A DNA stretch of 64,000 bases. It comes from Eledone cirrhosa (lineage: Eukaryota). The stretch is taken from contig OZ024752.1 of NCBI GenBank assembly GCA_964016885.1, forward strand, positions 17,856,001 to 17,920,000, in the 5' to 3' direction. Positions 57,901-64,000 of the stretch are shown here, piece by piece. The translations under genes were made by a program, and so were the position numbers. Position 1 is the first letter of the stretch. The number at the start of each line of letters is the position of its first letter. The notes below the pieces were generated by a model. The model did no database searches and had not been told where the DNA came from. It was given only the letters and a program-made list of their open reading frames with translations.

Positions 57901-60900
57901 CCACCATTCTAACTCCTTCTTATATGTTCTACAACTCCACAATTCTAACTCCTTCTTATATGGTCTACAACTCCACCATTCTAATTCCTTCTTATATGGT
58001 CTACAACTCCACCATTCTAATTCCTTCTTATATGGTGTACAACTCCACCATTCTAACTCCTTCATATATGGTCTACAACTCCACCATTCTAACTCCTTCT
58101 TATATGATGTACAACTCCACCATTCTAATTCCTTCTTATATGGTCTACAACTCCACTATTCTAACTCCTTCTTATATGGTGTACAACTCCACCATTCTAA
58201 CTCCTTCTTATATGGTCTACAACTCCACAATTCTAACTCCTTCTTATATGGTCTACAACTCCACCATTCTAATTCCTTCTTATATGGTCTACAACTCCAC
58301 CATTCTAATTCCTTCTTATATGGTGTACAACTCCACCATTCTAACTCCTTCGTATAATGTCTACAACTCCACCATTCTAACTCCTTCTTATATGGTGTAC
58401 AACTCCACCATTCTAATTGCTTCTTATATGGTCTACAACTCCACCATTCTAACTCTTTCTTATATGGTCTACAACTCCACCATTCTAACTCCTTCTTATA
58501 TGGTCTACAACTCCACCATTCTAACTCCTTCGTATATGGTCTACAACTCCACCATTCTAACTCCTTATATGGTCTACAACTCCACCATTCTAACTCCGTC
58601 TTATATGGTGTACAACTCCACCATTCTAATTCCTTCTTATATGGTCTACAACTCCACCATTCTAACTCCTTCATATATGGTATACAACTCCACCATTCTA
58701 ACTCCTTCTTATATGGTCTACAACTCCACCATTCTAACTCTTTCTTATATGGTGTACAACTCCACCATTCTAACTCTTTCTTATATGGTCTACAACTCCA
58801 CCATTCTAACTTATTCTTATATGGTCTACAACTCCACCATTCTAACTCCTTCTTATATGGTCTACAACTCCACCATTCTAACTCCTTCTTATATGGTGTA
58901 CAACTCCACCATTCTAACTCCTTCTTATATGGTCTACAACTCCACCATTCTAACTCCTTCTGATATGGTCTACAACTCAACCATTCTAACTCCCTCTTAT
59001 ATAGTCTACAACTCCACCATTCTAATTCCTTCTTATATGGTCTACAACTCCACCATTCTAACTCCTTCTTATATGGTGTACAGCTCCACCATTCTAACTC
59101 CTTCTTATATGGCCTACAACTCCACCATTCTAACTCTTTCTTATATGGTCTACAACTCCACCATTCTAATTCCTTCTTATATGATCTACAACTCCACCAT
59201 TCTAACTCCTTCATATATGGTCTACAACTCCACCATTCTAACTCCTTCTTATATGGTCTACAACTCCACCATTCTAACTCTTTCTTATATGGTGTACAAC
59301 TCCACCATTCTAACTCTTTCTTATATGGTCTACAACTCCACCATTCTAACTCATTCTTATATGGTCTACAACTCCACCATTCTAACTCCTTCTTATATGG
59401 TCTACAACTCCACCATTCTAACTCCTTCTTATATGGTGTACAACTCCACCATTCTAATTGCTTCTTATATGGTCTACAACTCCACCATTCTAACTCTTTC
59501 TTATATGGTCTACAACTCCACCATTCTAACTCATTCTTATATGGTCTACAACTCCACCATTCTAACTCCTTCTTATATGGTCTACAACTCCACCATTCTA
59601 ACTCCTTCTTATATGGTCTACAACTCCACAATTCTAACTCCTTCTTATATGGTCTACAACTCCACCATTCTAATTCCTTCTTATATGGTCTACAACTCCA
59701 CCATTCTAATTCCTTCTTATATGGTGTACAACTCCACCATTGAAACTCCTTCATATATGGTCTACAACTCCACCATTCTAACTCCTTCTTATATGGTGTA
59801 CAACTCCACCATTCTAATTGCTTCTTATATGGTCTACAACTCCACCATTCTAACTCTTTCTTATATGGTCTACATCTCCACCATTCTAACTCCTTCTTAT
59901 ATGGTCTACAACTCCACCATTCTAACTCCTTCGTATATGGTCTACAACTCCACCATTCTAACTCCTTATATGGTCTACAACTCCACCATTCTAACTCCGT
60001 CTTATATGGTGTACAACTCCACCATTCTAATTCCTTCTTATATGGTCTACAACTCCACCATTCTAACTCCTTCATATATGGTCTACAACTCCACCATTCT
60101 AACTCCTTCTTATATGGTCTACAACTCCACCATTCTAACTCTTTCTTATATGGTGTACAACTACACCATTCTAACTCTTTCTTATATGGTCTACAACTCC
60201 ACCATTCTAACTCATTCTCATATGGTCTACAACTCCACCATTCTAACTCCTTCTTATATGGTCTACAACTCCACCATTCTAACTCCTTCTTATATGGTGT
60301 ACAACTCCATCATTCTAACTCCTTCTTATATGGTCTACAACTCCACCATTCTAACTCCTTCTTATATGGTCTACAACTCCACCATTCTAACTCCTTCTTA
60401 TATGGTCTACAACTCCACCATTCTAATTCCTTCTTATATGGTCTACAACTCCACCATTCTAACTCCTTCTTATATGGTGTACAACTCCACCATTCTAACT
60501 CCTTCTTATATGGTCTACAACTCCACCATTCTAACTCCTTCTTATATGGTCTACAACTCCACCATTCTAACTCCTTCTTATATGGTCTACAACTCCACCA
60601 TTCTAACTCCTTCTTATATGGTCTACAACTCCACCATTCTAATTCCTTCTTATATGGTCTACAACTCCACCATTCTAACTCCTTCTTATATGGTGTACAA
60701 CTCCACCATTCTAACTCCTTCTTATATGGTCTACAACTCCACCATTCTAACTCCTTCTTATATGGTGTACAACTCCACCATTCTAATTCCTTCTTATATG
60801 GTCTACAACTCCACCATTCTAACTCCTTCTTATATGGTCTATAACTCAACCATTCTAATTCCTTCTTATATGGTCTACAACTCCACTATTCTAACTCCTT

Positions 60901-63290
60901 CTTATATGGTCTACAACTCCACCATTCTAATTCCTTCTTATATGGTCTACAACTCCACCATTCTAACTCCTTCATATATGGTCTACAACTCTACCATTCT
61001 AACTCCTTCTTATATGGTGTGCAACTCCATCATTCTAATTCCTTCTTATATGGTCTACAACTCCACCATTCTAACTCCTTCATATATGGTCTACAACTCC
61101 ACCATTCTAACTCCTTCTTATATGGTCTACAACTCCACCATTCTAACTCTTCTTATATGGTGTACAACTCCACCATTCTAACTCCTTCTTATATGGTCTA
61201 CAACTCCACCATTCTAACTCCTTATATGGTCTACAATTCCACCATTCTAACTCCGTCTTATATGGTGTACAACTCCACCATTCTAATTCCTTCTTATATG
61301 ATCTACAACTCCACCATTCTAACTCCTTCATATATGGTCTACAACTCCACCATTCTAACTCCTTCTTATATGGTGTACAACTCCACCATTCTAATTCCTT
61401 CTTATATGGTCTACAACTCCACTATTCTAACTCCTTCTTATATGGTCTACAACTCCACCATTCTAATTCCTTCTTATATGGTCTACAACTCCACCATTCT
61501 AACTCCTTCATATATGGTCTACAACTCTACCATTCTAACTCCTTCTTATATGGTGTGCAACTCCTCCATTCTAATTCCTTCTTATATGGTCTACAACTCC
61601 ACCATTCTAACTCCTTCTTATATGTTCTACAACTCCACAATTCTAACTCCTTCTTATATGGTCTACAACTCCACCATTCTAATTCCTTCTTATATGGTCT
61701 ACAACTCCACCATTCTAATTCCTTCTCATATAGTGTACAACTCCACCATTCTAACTCTTTCATATATGGTCTACAACTCCACCATTCTAACTCCTTCTTA
61801 TATGGTGTACAACTCCACCATTCTAATTCCTTCTTATATGGTCTACAACTCCACCATTCTAACTCTTTCTTATATGGTCTACAACTCCACCATTCTAACT
61901 CCTTCTTATATGGTCTACAACTCCGCCATTCTAACTCCTTCGTATATGGTCTACAACTCCACCATTCTAACTCCTTATATGGTCTACAACTCCACCATTC
62001 TAACTCCGTCTTATATGGTGTACAACTCCACCATTCTAATTCCTTCTTATATGGTCTACAACACCACCATTCTAATTCCTTGTTATATGGTCTACAACTC
62101 CACCATTCTAACTCCTTCTTATATGGTCTACAACTCCACCATTCTAACTCCTTCTTATATGGTGTACAACTCCACCATTCTAATTCCTTCTTATATGGTC
62201 TAGAACTCCACCATTCTAACTCCTTCTTATATGGTGTACAACTCCACCATTCTAATTCCTTCTTATATGGTCTACAACTCCACTATTCTAACTCCTTCTT
62301 ATATGGTCTACAACTCCACCATTCTAATTCCTTCTTATATGGTCTACAACTCCACCATTCTAACTCCTTCATATATGGTCTACAACCCTACCATTCTAAC
62401 TCCTTCTTATATGGTGTGCAACTCCACCATTCTAATTCCTTCTTATATGGTCTACAACTCCACCATTCTAACTCCTTCTTATATGTTCTACAACTCCACA
62501 ATTCTAACTCCTTCTTATATGGTCTACAACTCCACCATTCTAATTCCTTCTTATATGGTCTACAACTCCACCATTCTAATTCCTTCTTATATGGTGTACA
62601 ACTCCACCATTCTAACTCCTTCATATATGGTCTACAACTCCACCATTCTAACTCCTTCTTATATGATGTACAACTCCACCATTCTAATTCCTTCTTATAT
62701 GGTCTACAACTCCACTATTCTAACTCCTTCTTATATGGTGTACAACTCCACCATTCTAACTCCTTCTTATATGGTCTACAACTCCACAATTCTAACTCCT
62801 TCTTATATGGTCTACAACTCCACCATTCTAATTCCTTCTTATATGGTCTACAACTCCACCATTCTAATTCCTTCTTATATGGTGTACAACTCCACCATTC
62901 TAACTCCTTCGTATAATGTCTACAATCCACCATTCTAACTCCTTCTTATATGGTGTACAACTCCACCATTCTAATTGCTTCTTATATGGTCTACAACTCC
63001 ACCATTCTAACTCTTTCTTATATGGTCTACAACTCCACCATTCTAACTCCTTCTTATATGGTCTACAACTCCACCATTCTAACTCCTTCGTATATGGTCT
63101 ACAACTCCACCATTCTAACTCCTTATATGGTCTACAACTCCACCATTCTAACTCCGTCTTATATGGTGTACAACTCCACCATTCTAATTCCTTCTTATAT
63201 GGTCTACAACTCCACCATTCTAACTCCTTCATATATGGTATACAACTCCACCATTCTAACTCCTTCTTATATGGTCTACAACTCCACCAT
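54930..63290. repeat. Duplication of a ~3.8-kb block, offset 4559 bp (4558 after a 1-bp deletion at ~62926)
   Basis: Markers pair as TTGAAACT 55181/59740, 55751/60310, 56460/61019, 56584/61143, 56996/61555, 57829/62388 and 58357/62916. Confidence 0.9.
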
Positions 63291-64000
63291 TCTAATTCCT
63301 TCTTATATGGTCTACAACTCCACCATTCTAACTCCTTCTTATATGGTGTACAGCTCCACCATTCTAACTCCTTCTTATATGGTCTACAACTCCACCATTC
63401 TAACTCTTCCTTATATGGTCTACAACTCCACCATTCTAATTCCTTCTTATATGATCTACAACTCCACCATTCTAACTCCTTCATATATGGTCTACAACTC
63501 CACCATTCTAACTCTTTCTTATATGGTGTACAACTCCACCATTCTAACTCTTTCTTATATGGTCTACAACTCCACCATTCTAACTCATTCTTATATGGTC
63601 TACAACTCCACCATTCTAACTCCTTCTTATATGGTCTACAACTCCACCATTCTAACTCCTTCTTATATGGTGTACAACTCCACCATTCTAATTGCTTCTT
63701 ATATGGTCTACAACTCCACCATTCTAACTCTTTCTTATATGGTGTACAACTCCACCATTCTAACTCCTTCTTATATGGTCTACAACTCCACCATTCTAAC
63801 TCCTTCGTATATGGTCTACAACTCCACCATTCTAACTCCTTATATGGTCTACAATTCCACCATTCTAACTCCGTCTTATATGGTGTACAACTCCACCATT
63901 CTAATTCCTTCTTATATGATCTACAACTCCACCATTCTAACTCCTTCATATATGGTCTACAACTCCACCATTCTAACTCCTTCTTATATGGTGTACAACT

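Larger units (their letters stand above)
1..64000. repeat. Tandem satellite/minisatellite array, 36-bp monomer ATGGTCTACAACTCCACCATTCTAACTCCTTCTTAT, ~1,780 head-to-tail copies, extends beyond both window ends
   Basis: Every line consists of this unit or variants with a few changes. The 12-aa periodicity of all ORFs confirms the 36-bp period. No non-repeat sequence or orientation switch was seen. Confidence 0.99.
41400..64000. repeat. Right sub-family domain of the array (TCTGAT-TCAACC-CCCTCT-ATAGTC cassette; GTGTGC, ATGATC, TATAATGTC variants)
   Basis: The cassette occurs at ~41435, 44768, 47772, 49282, 52286 and 58960. GTGTGCAAC is seen from ~48750 on. No 34-bp monomers were seen here. Confidence 0.75.

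Noticed and set aside
25-63949. Long ORFs on both strands (up to 3045 aa) as protein-coding genes
   Set aside because: They are translations of the 36-bp unit in three overlapping stop-free frames. Starts and ends coincide with repeat variants (TAA, 1-2 bp deletions), and there are no unique domains or gene signals.
1-64000. CRISPR array (36-bp repeat, short stem-loop, GTTGTAG on the minus strand reminiscent of some class 2 repeats)
   Set aside because: Units are directly adjacent with no unique spacers, no leader and no cas genes in the window.
1-64000. Chi-like or minisatellite-core motif (AATGGTGG on the minus strand vs GCTGGTGG)
   Set aside because: The match is only 6 of 8 bases, which is expected by chance in a GG-rich strand, and there is no supporting context.
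1-64000. Canonical telomere repeat or G-quadruplex array
   Set aside because: There are no TTAGGG, TTAGG or TTTAGGG units and no GGG tracts in the consensus, only GG steps.
1-64000. TATA-box-like TATATA/TTATAT elements as promoters
   Set aside because: They are part of the monomer junction and are repeated throughout, with no associated gene.
1-64000. A single fixed-length higher-order repeat, or a purely artefactual or synthetic sequence
   Set aside because: Landmark spacings vary from about 1.3 to 9.3 kb, so no constant period fits. Hierarchically shared and private variants look like natural array evolution, although local mis-assembly cannot be excluded.

Overview
The whole 64-kb window is one uninterrupted, head-to-tail tandem array (satellite or very large minisatellite) of a 36-bp monomer. 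The consensus is ATGGTCTACAACTCCACCATTCTAACTCCTTCTTAT (about 39% GC; 12 C vs 2 G on the + strand), with roughly 1,780 copies, all in the same orientation. The array runs off both ends of the window. I saw no unique sequence, transposon insertion, inversion, RNA gene or credible protein-coding gene. The long ORFs (MVYNSTILTPSY, GLQLHHSNSFLY, KKELEWWSCRPY) are best explained by a 36-bp unit that happens to be stop-free in three of six frames. The information lies in the monomer variants: substitutions concentrated at a few positions, plus 33-, 34- and 35-bp deletion monomers. These form ordered cassettes that trace nested multi-kb duplications (periods such as 180, 1866, 2184, 2721, 3118, 3839, 4514, 4559 and 9272 bp) and divide the array into a left and a right sub-family domain. 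I cannot identify the organism or a named satellite family from the sequence, and I found no evidence of a new gene system. All offsets were read by hand from shared rare variants, so block boundaries are approximate.
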